Shown piece by piece: positions 32,202 through 44,730 of a stretch of 64,000 nt of DNA. Source of the DNA: the human T2T-CHM13v2.0 reference genome, Homo sapiens. Position 1 is the stretch's first letter. The number at the start of each line of letters is the position of its first letter. The notes under the pieces were generated by a model. It searched no databases and was not told where the DNA came from. It was given only the letters and a program-made list of their open reading frames with translations. The stretch covers positions 16,640,001 through 16,704,000 of the forward strand of contig CP068257.2 in NCBI GenBank assembly GCA_009914755.4, given 5' to 3'. The translations under genes were made by a program, and so were the position numbers.

Positions 32202-32314
32202 TAAAATTTATAGAAATACTGTAGCGGGAGAGGTTATGCAAAATTTTTAATTTTAAAGATATTTTACAAATTTTGCATAACCTCTCCCACTACAATTGTA
32301 CTTCTATAAATTTT
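32202..32314. repeat. About 113-bp near-perfect palindrome. The arms are about 46 bp with a 21-nt loop. Origin unknown (MITE-like or hairpin).
   Basis: ataaaatttatagaaatactgtagcgggagaggttatgcaaaattt / loop ttaattttaaagatattttac / aaattttgcataacctctcccactacaattgtacttctataaatttt. Arms match at about 44 of 47 positions with one 3-bp indel. Confidence 0.8.
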
Positions 32315-32728
32315 CCAAAAAAACTATTGTAAATGTGTTGCAAAGATATAGCAAAAGCATATTCTCTGTAGTACCCTTGTGATTATTTATCTATATTATG
32401 ATATAGGATAAAATGAAATATTTCATTAAAAAATCATCAAAAAATATAAAATCATGAGAAATGCCCACACATAAGTATTTTGTATAACAGAGTATATTGT
32501 ATTTTATATAATATTTACATGTACTTTATACAGTATTCATACAAAGGTTATTAACAGTGGTTATTACTTGAAAATGGGGTTAATCAAGATTTTTATTTTC
32601 TCCCTTTTGCTAATGTGTATTTTCTAAATTCATAACTTTATAAATTTTAAAGCTCTTATTAAACCTAATTTGATAGTAATAAAAAGGTTTGCAAATCTCT
32701 TAAAAAGGAACTCAGTAGAATTACTTAC

Positions 32729-32861
32729 CCTAGTCCCAGCAGTTGACAAACATCATTTGAAATCTGGGTGGTCCAGTTCTCAGCACAAGCTGTATGCCAT
32801 ATGCTCTGGATTCTGAACCGCACTAAACCATTGTTGTTCGTTGTGCCATTGAAAAAACGCA
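32729..32861 (-). CDS. TMPRSS15: TMPRSS15 coding exon, SRCR domain part 1. Translates to (V)RFFNGTTNNNGLVRFRIQSIWHTACAENWTTQISNDVCQLLGL(G), approx residues 678-722. Contains the Ser712 codon (tca at + 32758-32760, reverse complement).
   Basis: Reverse-complement translation. Acceptor ctgtgtctttag, donor gtaagtaa. Phases join with both neighbours. Confidence 0.9.
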
Positions 32862-33110
32862 CTAAAGACACAGAGAGCATAATGGTAGTTACCAGAGACT
32901 GAAGGGTGCGGAGTATGGGAAGACATCGTTCAAAGAGTACAGAGCTTCATTTAGACAGGAGGAATAAGTTCATGAGATCTCTTGCACAGCACTGTGACTA
33001 TAGTTAATAATAATGTATTGTATATTTCAAAATTTTGCAAAATTTCAAATTTTCTCATCATGAAATATGGTATTTAAGGTGATGGATAGGTTGATTAGCA
33101 TAATTCAATC

Positions 33111-33150
33111 ATTCCTCAATCTCTCTCTCTCTCTATATATATATACACAC
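33111..33150. repeat. Compound (CT)n(TA)n(CA)n microsatellite.
   Basis: ctctctctctctctctatatatatatacacac. Confidence 0.9.
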
Positions 33151-33966
33151 TTTTTAAATATGTATATACACATTCTCTGTATATACATTCTCTCTCCATA
33201 CTTTCTATTAATATATATTATATATAATAACATCACATTGTAACCCATAAATATATAGAATTAAATTTTTCAAATATACAGCAAATTTTTTGGAAAAATT
33301 AACAAAAAAAGAGACATTAAAGAGATTAGATTACACATGTGGTCATTTTGACCTAAATTGATAGGAGTAAATTATGGCCTCTAAACTAAATGTGCAATGT
33401 TCTTAATATTTCGAGTTTAGAGATTGATTGTAGTTTTTCTTAAGAGCATGATGGAAGGTCTAATTTGAAAAATATAAATTTAGTAGACAATTTTGCTCTT
33501 TTATGTAACCATAAAAATGGAAAATGCAGAGATATGCAAGTTTATTACAAATCTATACAGCAAATAAACAGAAAATAAAGTTATCTGTGAAGAGTATATA
33601 TAAGAGTATATATAAACTTAGTTTCTGAAAGAAGGAAACTCAAGTTTAGGGATTACTTTAGGAATTCCCTCCCCACCAAAAAAAAAAAAAAAACCACTTT
33701 CTTTGTACTTGCTTTTATACCATTTGATTTCTATCAACTTACTTATCATTTTACAACCATTTTGAACAGAATTTTAAGGCCATTAGTGGCCAGGTAGGGA
33801 CTGGACCAAGCTAAGCGCGTTCATCAAGGGAGGAAAACATCAGTAATTGTAGTCTTACCTACAAACACTATGTTGTAATTCTATAAAATAATGCTACATT
33901 GTTTACCTTTTTTTTCCTATTATGACAAGAGCTAAGAGCAGTGACTACAGAATTATACAAACGTAG

Positions 33967-34362
<396 letters not shown>

Positions 34363-34929
34363 GCTATACCTAATTCTTGTTGTGGATTTTTTTTTTAACT
34401 TAGTTACAGTGCATGGTACATAGTACGTAAGTGTTAAATATTTGCTTAGAAATAAAAAGACATAATAAAAGTATCCATTACTCATAATGTTATTGAGGTG
34501 TGGAAGGGGAGCTGGAATGAAAACTCAGCAGGGCAGGGGGAGAAAGTGAACTACAAGTAAGCACACAGGTGCCTCTGAATGTGGGCAACAAACAGAAAAC
34601 AGTAGCCAATATGAGTGGTGCTAGCCTGCTTGGTTTGGAATATTGTCTCTGTGGTATTCTCGGCTTCCTATATGGATATTTGTTGCTCTAGAATTACAGT
34701 TAATAAGTGTGACCAAATTGAAACAAACAATAAACTGAGGCCTGCGTATTAACTTTTCTTCTATCCAGATGGGGACAGAGGTGCTAAAATCATCTCAGAG
34801 ATGAGATGTTCTCGTTCCAAAGCATCAAAACAGGTCCTAATAAACACAGTTATAATCTTTCTTTGACACTGTAGAGTCCAAATGCAGAGGCTAAAGTCAT
34901 AAAAGTATTTTCCTAAAAATAAGACATAC

Positions 34930-35040
34930 CACAATCTGCTTCATCTGAGCCATCCTCACAGTGCAGATGACCGTCACAGAGATTCACCAGTGGAACACAC
35001 TCTCCATTTTTACATTGAAAATGGTCTGCCTTGCATGGCT
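34930..35040 (-). CDS. TMPRSS15: TMPRSS15 coding exon, the LDL-receptor class A module (LDLRA2). Translates to (E)[36 protein letters not shown](V), approx residues 641-678.
   Basis: Reverse-complement translation shows the 6-Cys LDLRA pattern with the DGSDE calcium cage. Acceptor ccccatag, donor gtatgtctt. Confidence 0.9.
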
Positions 35041-35124
35041 CTATGGGGAAAGAATGTTTATTGTATAGGATAAAGAAAACACAAATGGATGATTCTGGAG
35101 TACAAATCCCATTTGCTCCCCTTT

Positions 35125-35715
35125 AAACATGAGTCCTTTGCCACAGCTCAAGGTGGAACCAGCTTTGATACTGAGTAAATGAGAGTTAATGGGTGCAGCA
35201 CACCAACATGGCACATGTATACACATATAACAAACCTGCACGTTGTGCACATGTACCGTAGAACTTAAAGTATAATAAAATATATATATATAAAATAATA
35301 AACATGAGTCCTTTGCCACAGCTCAAGGTGGAGCTAGCTTTGATACTGAGTAAATGACGAGTTAGTGGGTGCAGCACACCAACATGGCACATGTATACAC
35401 ATGTAACAAACCTGCACGTTGTGCACGTGTACCCTAGAACTTAAAGTATAATAAAATATATATATATATAAAATAATAAACATGAGTCCTTTGCCACAGC
35501 TCAAGGTGGAGCTAGCTTTGATACTGAGCAAATGACGAGTTAATGGGTGCAGCACACCAGCATGGCACATGTATACACATGTAACAAACCTGCATGTTGT
35601 GTACGTGTACCCTAGAACTTAAAGTATAATAAAATATATATATATATAAAATAATAAACATGAGTCCTTTGCCACAGCTCAAGGTGGAGCCAGTTTTGAT
35701 ACTGAGCAACACCAT
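35125..35715 (+). repeat. Tandem array of about 3.3 copies of a 175-178 bp unit. Each unit is about 50 bp of unique sequence (aaacatgagtcctttgccacagctcaaggtgga[ac]c[ct]agctttgatactgag) plus about 125 bp of L1 3' UTR terminus with an AT-rich tail.
   Basis: acatgagtcc recurs at 35127, 35302, 35480 and 35658. Overlapping minus-strand ORFs 35041-35715 all carry the same MCH[AV]GVLHPLTRHLLSIKASSTLSCGKGLMF peptide. The L1 3'-end signature gggtgcagcacaccaacatggcacatgtatacacat..cctgcacgttgtgcac is present in each unit. Confidence 0.9.
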
Positions 35716-37300
35716 CTACTTGTTTGCTCAGAAAGCCTCAGAAATAGTTTCCAAGCTGATGTGTATGTAGCTTTAGAAGAGTGTGGATGAAACCTCAGAC
35801 ATCTCTTTTGCAGCAAAACTCAGGGAATTTCTAAGAGGTGGCTGAGAGGTTGTCAACTCACCTCTTCCTCGTAATTTCGTTAGTATCTCTTCAATAAACA
35901 AACTCCTCCACCCCAAACGAACATACAAGCAACAACCATTGAACTGTTACTCAAGCACAGAGAGGTCCCCTGGCCTCACCATCCAAATGATACTTCCAAA
36001 ACTTTGTAAGAAAGAAATGTGGAAGTTGTCTGTTGGTGAGATCAAAGTTGGATTGGGTCGGAAACAGAAGGCTCAATTAAAGCTTGGTCAGGCAGGAAAG
36101 GGTAGTTACAAAGAAATGGAAACTTTGCCGTATCGGTAATGTGAAAAGAAGTTGAGGATAGAGCTCCAAACAAGTACAGCAGTGTTGGAGGCATGGGCAT
36201 GTGCTTGGCACATGGAGACACAAAAGGAAAATGAAAAACCTGGGCAAAGAAGAAACTGGGTAGATCTGGAGGCCGTTGGTGGTGGTTTCCAGAGTTTGGG
36301 TTGTGCAAAAAGAGGCCTAGTGGAAACATTCCTTATTTAGAAGCAGCTACTGCTGTTTCCTGAGATTGTTCGGTCTTTAAAAGTTTTGTTCTGGGAGAGC
36401 CCTCATATCACTGGGAGAGAGGGGTTTGCTTCCCTCTTCCAGTGCTTTCTGATTATGGCTTAGGAGGTACAGTTATGTGCTGGAAGGAGAGTAGGAACTC
36501 CATGAGGGCCACTTGGAATTTGGTTCCCTAACAATGGTGATGGCTGTCAGGTGTGGAGAGGCTCAATGTCTTATCCCCTACATGGCACGTGAACAATCAT
36601 ATGGGGAAGCAAAAGCACTTGATAAAAATAAGAAACAGGGAAGCTTCTATTTTGAAAACTATTAGTGACTATTAGTCAATATAATAACATTACTATTACA
36701 TTGCTTTCAAGGAGACTCAGTTCAGGTTAATATGATTTCAGAAACAAATTATAAAAATATCCATGGAGACTTTCTGAATTTATGATGACCAAACATAAAG
36801 CCACTTGAAAGGAATTATTCCTGTTGTTTTAGAATCTAAGTTGTAGACTCACATCTGAGAGTACTGAAAAATACCATTACACTTCTAAAGAGAGGGACTC
36901 AGTATAGCCATACTATACTTATTGAAAAAAATACCAAAAGTAGTCCAGCAACTATCAATATCCATCATCTATTTTCAGCTTTTTAATAAAAGGGCATTAG
37001 AGTATTTTTCTAAAAAATATATTGAATAGAGTATTTGAGGGGGGGTGTTTTTATGGGGGTAAGGGGAGGGTGGTGCTATCCAGCAAACCAAGTGTGGGAT
37101 GCCCTAAGAGAATCAATTCCTAATTGAGTTGCCTGAAAGAAGCAAGGTCAGCATCTAACTCCCTGGCCAAAAGTTGACTACACTGCATAACCACAAGGAC
37201 CAGGCTTTCATGGGACTAGTGTAAGGGCTTTCAGATTTTTTAAAACTCTGACATTAGTATGAAACAGATTTTAAGTAATAACTCTAGGATACACATCAAT

Positions 37301-37324
37301 GTGTGTGTTTGTGTGTGTGTGTGT
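37301..37324. repeat. (GT)n microsatellite.
   Basis: gtgtgtgtttgtgtgtgtgtgtgt. Confidence 0.9.
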
Positions 37325-37363
37325 AACTAAATTAAAATTTGCTTTTACTCTGTTCTATTATTT

Positions 37364-37566
37364 CCCATCCCATCCCATCCCATCCCATCCCATCCCATCC
37401 CATCCCATCCTATCCCATTCTATCCTATCCCATCCTATTCCATCCCATCCCATCCCATCCCATCCCATCCCATCCCATCCCATCCCATCCCATCCCATCC
37501 CATCCCATCCCATCCCATCCCATCCCATCCCATCCCATCCCATCCTATCCCAACCCATTCTATTCC
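37364..37566. repeat. (CCCAT)n pentanucleotide array of about 40 units with a few variant units (cctat, ccatt). This reads (ATGGG)n on the gene-sense strand.
   Basis: cccatcccatcccatcc... Provided ORFs 37299-37653 read HPIPSHPIPS and ORF 37358-37603(-) reads GMGWDGMGWD, both of which reflect this array. Confidence 0.95.
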
Positions 37567-39005
37567 ATAACAAGGCATAAAATTTGTTGGGTAGTGAAAC
37601 CAAATAAATTCATTTCACTACCCTGGTTTTTGATAAATACCAGGATAAACTGAAGTATACTGAAAATATTAATGAGACAGTGACATTATTTTCCTGAAGT
37701 TTGTGGGCAGATAGCTGTGTAAATAAAGATTGGTATCAATTCCTATGAAATGAAATCAGAAGTTAGGAAGTTGGCAAGGTGGACACTGGAAAGATGATCA
37801 GATGACAACTGCCTGGCAGGGAAGCCTGGCTCTAGCACAAAAAGTGGAGGAATGGAACCTGGGGATTAGGGATTCGGAGCTGAACCAGTTTATAAGAGAT
37901 TATTGTACTATAAGAGGTGTATTGTCTATAGTGCAATATTCCAGGGCTGGTGGAACAATGCTCTGAAGAGCTCACAAGTCTGTTTCACAACAGAGCTGGC
38001 ATTTGGCCAGAAGCTGGTGTTTGCCAAATGAAAACTACAATGGTAAAAATAAATAAATAAATAAAAATAAAAACTTCCTATCTTCCAACATTGGAACGAT
38101 GGGAAGATGGGGAAAAAAGGGAAGTGGAAACTAAAACAAAGACAATATTTCCACCCTCCTCTGCCTTAAGTTATTAAGCCAAGGTCTGTGCCTGAGTTGA
38201 GGGATAAAAGAAGCTTTGAATTAGATGATATAAAAGTGTTGATATTATACTTGACTGTTCATTTTAACACTTACAAGTGAGTGTAAGTTACTCAGATAAA
38301 ATGATTTAACACCGGAAGTAACTGAAAAAGTGTAGAGATCTGCCTGAAATATTCAGAGCCGAAAAAGGAGATTTGAATTAAAATAGAGACAAATGAACCT
38401 TTTGTTTTGCTTATATGGTCATTGAGGTCAGTCATTCTGTAAACTGAATATACAATATGCCAGCTGTAATACCCATAAAGCCATGTTTTCTCATCTTTGT
38501 ATGTCCAGGTCTTGGTGAAATGTCTTTCACAAAGCAGGGAATAAGTAGATATTTTTAAAACATAAAGTAAATTAATGTATGTTAAAAGATTGATATGCCT
38601 CAAAATAAGTATGAAGCTTAGTAATAGAGTCAACGTAATATAAAGCAATTTTTAAAACTATGATTTCAAATAAAGTTTAAAATTTAAGATAATTGGCTGA
38701 CGGTAATTCTAGTGATTTGAAAAAAAGAAACAATTTTATGAATTATGAAGATATAATTTACTTAGTTAAATTTCAATAGTGGTTAAGACACAGGACTTAA
38801 AGTAATATGACCTTGGTTGAAGGTGCAATTTAGCCATTTCTTTTAATATTTCTTTGACCTTGGGCAAAGAAATTAGCCTGAGGCTCAGTTTCTTTGTCAA
38901 TAGGAGTAAATACTACTTTTGTCTTTGGTGTGTCAGGAGAACAAATTTTATAAGATAATGAAGTGTATTTATCATACCAATACATATACAGAGAATACGC
39001 AGTAG

Positions 39006-39366
<361 letters not shown>

Positions 39367-40947
39367 TTTCACTATTTTTCAAGTTAACATTTTTACTCCA
39401 TGTGCTAGTTGTGCTGTTTCTCCCTACGAATAACAAAATAAATAAGAAAACATACCTAATCCTTTCCTCTCAGTATCTTACAACAATAATTGGAGCTATT
39501 TGTATACTCTACTTTAAGCTTTGAAGAAATCTGTATTTTTTCATCTGAAATCTAAGTTACCTTAACAAGAAAATATTTTTAGAAAGCCATGGCTGGTTGT
39601 TTCTACAAACCTTTATACCATGAGAAAATCTGGTTACATATCTCAAAATATAATGCTATTACGGAGGTTCTTGAAAATGTAATTATCAATTTGTTTCACA
39701 AACATATTTTTAAACCAGATTAGTGAGATGACAAATGGGCAGAGATAATTACAGATTCTAAAGACAGCATTAATACTTTGACTATATATTTTATCTTTCT
39801 GGTATTAATTTTCCTTTAGAAAATTGGAAGTCTTAAATGTAGGTAGAAGTGTTTGTATTCATATATTCTGTCTTAAATATATATTTTAATATACTTTATT
39901 TAAAAAGTTGACAGCATGAATTACATGTCCATGATCAATTATATTGATATACTTACAGAATGTTAGTCACCACCCTTTATTTTTAAATTATCTTATTACT
40001 TTTTTCATAGCTTACTGAAATCACTATGTAAAAAATGAATTCTCAATGACAATAATTTAATCTTATATACATTTACTGATAATTTTACCCTTTTACTAAT
40101 GTAGATAGGCAACATTTAATTTGAAAATCACATACGAGTTGAATGGAAACAGACAAATATCTGAATTAAAATTTAAATGATAACATAAAAATGTTTTAAA
40201 AATGTAATTCATTTTTGTGCTCTAGCTGAAGCTGTTAGGGTTATATTCTATGAATCCAGAAAAATAATAACTTGTTTCTATAAGCTGAATGAACTGGATG
40301 AAAAAATGCTGAATGGGGAAAACTGATCTATTGTTACTGAACTGAACAGAAATTTTAAAATCTGAGAAGTATAAATAAGCTCTTTCAAAATTTTCCTTAC
40401 ACGCATAAACTGGATTCTGATTTTTTGCAACATACAATAGTTCAGCTTCATTAAGCAGTCTTTAATCCAACAGTTTAACTCTCTCTGGACTCTTGAAATC
40501 TTATTTCTGATAGTTTTATGCCCATGGTGAGAGAAAGAAAAAGAAATATTGCTAAGAATTGAATTTCCCCATCTCCTTTTTATGAAGTCTCCAGTAGCGT
40601 TGCCTCATTTAGTAACATACGCTTGGTTTAAAATGGAACGAAATTGATCTCTAAGCACATGCCACACAATCTGGGGAGGGCTCAAACCCCCTAAATGTAA
40701 TCAGCTGCTACTTCCACAGTTGCCTGATAAACACTGTTGAATTCCATCGTTAAGACTCTGAGTATCAGAAAAGAGGAATAAGGGGACATTTATAGGAGAC
40801 AGATCTTAATAAATCTATATTACATATACTTTATTACAGTAGAAATGGAAATGTTAGGAACATAGTACAAAGAAAATAAGATACAAAAATACACTATACA
40901 ATTGTGTTAAATTTCAACTGGATGCTTGGAAGGTGGCCCTAAAATAG

Positions 40948-41288
<341 letters not shown>

Positions 41289-41849
41289 GCAAAAACGATT
41301 TTTGTTGCCCATTTATAATTTTTTCTAAAAGAACCACCAAAGTAAAGTGCCAGGATGTGTGTCCAATCTCGCTTTCCCTTACCAGCTTAATTAGCCTCCA
41401 CAGCCAAGTCCCTGTTTCTGTAATTGCTTTTCAGTCTTTGGGTATAAAAAATCTCGACGGAAGCAGACGGTGCTGATGAAAACTCAATCATTCCATTACT
41501 CACTTCCCAGCAGCATCTGTCCTATGTCTAGGAGGAATGTGAAACCACACTCCCCATGTATTTATCATGCAGTGATGGGCATTGAAGACTCCATTCTAGC
41601 TTCAATCAGGGGGATTTTCCCTTAAAAATAACTTCATACATTACATACTAATTTAACAGTATAAATGAAATCTAGCTATAGGCAAAAGAAATCTAAAGAA
41701 TCTATACACCATAAAATTGGTGTCTTTTGCGTTGAGAGAAATACATTGTACTCTGTTTTTGAGTTTGATCTTGAATCAAAGTTGCTGATATTGTTTTTCA
41801 AAATCTTTGACATTGTGTTAGTTTCATTATAAGAATCTGAGACAGGAAA

Positions 41850-42570
41850 TAAATGCTGATGAGGATGCAGAGAAAGGGGAACATTTATACACCTTTGGTA
41901 GAAATGTAAAATAGTACAGCCATTATGAAAACCAATATGAGGCTCCTCAAAGAACTAAGAAATATAAAAACTAAAAATATAACTACCATATAATTCAGGA
42001 GCCCCTCTGCTGGATATTTATCCAAAAGAAAGAAAAGCAGTATATCAAAGAGATATCTGCTCATCTATGTTTACTGCAGCACTATTCTTAATAGCCAAGT
42101 TATGCAGTCAACGTAAGAGTCCATCAACAGATGAAAAGAGAGAGAGAAAATGGTATCTTTGCATAATGGAATATTATGCAGTCATAATAAATAATGAAAT
42201 CCTGTCATTTGCAACAACATGGAGGAAACTGGAGGACATTATGTTAAGTGAAATTGCCAGGCACAGAAGGACAAATGTTGCATGTTCTCATTCATATGTG
42301 GGAGCTAAATTAATTGATTTCATGAAGATAGTAAATAGAATGGTGGTCACCAGAGGCTGAGAAGGGTAGTGGGGAGGGAGGATAAAGAAGGGTTTCAATG
42401 GGTACCAAAATAGAGTTACATAGAAGGAATAAGATCTAGTGTTTGGTAACACAATAAAATGACTATAGTTAACAATAATTTATGGTACATTTCAAAATAA
42501 CTAGAGAAGACAATTTGGAATATTCCTAACACTTAGAAATAATAAATGTTTGAAGTGAAGAATATTTCGG
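41850..42570 (+). mobile_element. Older L1 (L1M/L1PB-like) 3' end fragment.
   Basis: ORF 42067..42360(+) reads MEYYAVIINNEILSFATTWRKLEDIMLSEI, which is L1 ORF2 C-terminal sequence. It is followed by the characteristic older-L1 3' UTR (ggtggtcaccagaggctgagaagggtagtggggag...). Confidence 0.8.
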
Positions 42571-42861
42571 TTTCCCAGATTCGATGATTATAAATTGTAT
42601 GCTTGTATTAAAATATTACATATACTCCATAAACATGTGTAATTATTATGAGTCCATAAAACACAATTTAAACAAACTGTAACTGTAACTTTTGATGGAA
42701 GAGATTTGTCTCTGTCTTCCTTTTGACAATCCATTTTCCTCTTTTCAAGTCTTTTCTCCTTTCTCATTTTCAACTTAAAATAGGGGTTTAAAGACCTACT
42801 TTTTCTTAAAAATTTTGTTTCAAGATGCTTTAACTTTTGCAGATGGTGGAATGCCATGTGC

Positions 42862-43216
42862 TGTTAGTTTGTTCTCATGCTGCTAATAAAGACATACCTG
42901 AGACTAGGTAATTTATATGAAAAAGGAGAATTAATGGACTTGCTGTTCCACAGGGCTGGGAGAGCTTCATAATCATGGCAGGCAAAAGAGGAGAAAGGCA
43001 CATCTTACATGGCAGCAGGCAAGAGAGAGCATGTGCAGGGAAACTCCTTTTTATAAAACCATCAGATCTCATGAGACTTACTCATTATCATGAGAACAGC
43101 ACAGGAAAAACCCACCCCCATGACTCAATTACCTCCCACCAGGTCCCTCCCACAACACATGGGGATCATTACAATTCAAGGTGAGATCTGGGTGGGGACA
43201 CAGCTAAACCAAATCA
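42862..43216 (-). mobile_element. MaLR THE1-family solo LTR, minus orientation.
   Basis: Reverse complement of the THE1 LTR consensus as I recall it: ...ccatcagatctcatgagacttactcattatcatgagaacagcacagg...cctcccaccaggtccctcccacaacacatgggg...gagatctgggtggggacacagctaaaccaaatca. The subfamily assignment is uncertain. Confidence 0.7.
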
Positions 43217-44710
43217 CCTATAATTATTTCAATTGTTTGGATACCTCAATAAATCTAATCCCTTATCTGTTAGAGCACAGTATTTTTTTAAAAAATCTCA
43301 ATTACTTCAGGTTTTACTATTTATCTCAGTTTCTTTAAAAGTATAATACTTCTTTCAAAAATCCTTTCCTTGACAGAATTCTTGAAAAAAATTTAGGATG
43401 GCCTCCAGTAGAATAGTATTAGGCATTAGGTATTTACTTGCTCTATTTTATGATATTTTGCAGAAGAGAGTACATAATTTTACTGCATTTAAACAAGCAG
43501 TTATTGAACCTTGTATATTTTTTAGTTGTGGGATTTTCTCCTTAAAACATGAGAAATATTACTTCATTGTTTTAATGTTCATAATTGAGAGAAATATAAA
43601 GCTGATCTTATTTTCAATACTTACAAAAATAATTTTACTTTTTCTGCTAAGAATTTTCAGAAAAATTTCCCTCTTGAAATTTAAAACTTCACACAGAAAA
43701 TGTTATAACACTGATTCTTGCTCATTAATTTTTTTTTTATTGAACACACTAAGACTTCACGATTTTTCAGGTAATTTTATTCAGATCCAGAAAGCGTATA
43801 ATTTTTCTTTCATTGTATCTTTCACTATTAGTTTTGATCTGCTTTTATGTTTTCAATTTCAGGAATGTTTATTGTTTTCAAATTTGGTTTGGTGTTTTTT
43901 CCTGCATGCCCATTACAGACTCTCATATGTTTCTGTCTCTCTTTACTTATCATTTTTTCATTCTTCATCATGCTTTCCTGCAGCAATTTTTGTGGAAATG
44001 TGTGTGTTCTGCACAAGAGGTTTTGAATTGTTGTGCATTAGACCAGAAAACTAGGTGGTTCACACTGCTAACAAAGGCCTCTAGTCAAATCAGAAAGATT
44101 TTATTATGGCAGAGTTTCACAGAAAATTGCTATGGCCAAAGACGGCCATCTTCTTCCAAATTTCTTGAAAGGAGACTTTATTGTAACGTCACTTGTGGGA
44201 GCTGGTACTGTGCAAAGACTATTCTATCAGGAGCCAAATATTATATAATAATTTAAAAAATTAGGGTCATAATTTTACATATAAAAGTATTGGTGGTAAC
44301 ATTTTGTGTTTTTCTGTCAACTAAAGTTTGCTATTAACTAATTTACTTTCTATATAACAGTAAGAAAGATTTAGCTTTTCTCCAACATTACATAACCAAA
44401 GTCTGCTGTATCTTAAATGTGCTCAGTATTAACTACCAAAATGTCCTCAGCTATGTCCATCACCCTTCTATACTTTAAAAGTGTAACTCAAATGTTGAAT
44501 TAAATTAAAATAATAGGTACACCACAAACAGAAGGAAACTGAAATAGCAGATAAAATAATTGGCAAACAAACATGGTTATAGTATAATCATCAGCAACAA
44601 AATAATCAAGAAACAAAATCAGTGATTCAATTCAAGATGACATTTTCAAAATTATCTTGATTAACATTTTCCAAAGCAATGATCAAATTTTCTTCTAAGT
44701 TAAATTCTCG

Positions 44711-44730
44711 CCACACACACACACACACAC
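44711..44730. repeat. (CA)n microsatellite.
   Basis: cacacacacacacacacacg. Confidence 0.9.

Noticed and set aside
35041-35715. Four overlapping minus-strand ORFs sharing MCH[AV]GVLHPLTRHLLSIKASSTLSCGKGLMF, suggestive of a duplicated small gene
   Set aside because: They are read through the tandem 176-bp L1-3'-end repeat. The identical peptides simply reflect the DNA repeat. Nothing indicates that this is coding.
37299-37653. Repetitive 'proteins' HPIPSHPIPS... and GMGWDGMGWD... resembling a repeat protein or a CRISPR-like array
   Set aside because: This is a pure (CCCAT)n microsatellite. It has no spacers of unique sequence and no cas genes, and the organism is eukaryotic.
43398-44256. The longest ORFs in the window: 218 aa (43398-44054, +) and 147 aa (43813-44256, +)
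   Set aside because: The peptides are F/L/I/S-rich low complexity, typical of a T-rich strand of AT-rich intronic DNA. There are no domain-like motifs and no splice or start context. The long length is chance in a stop-poor region.
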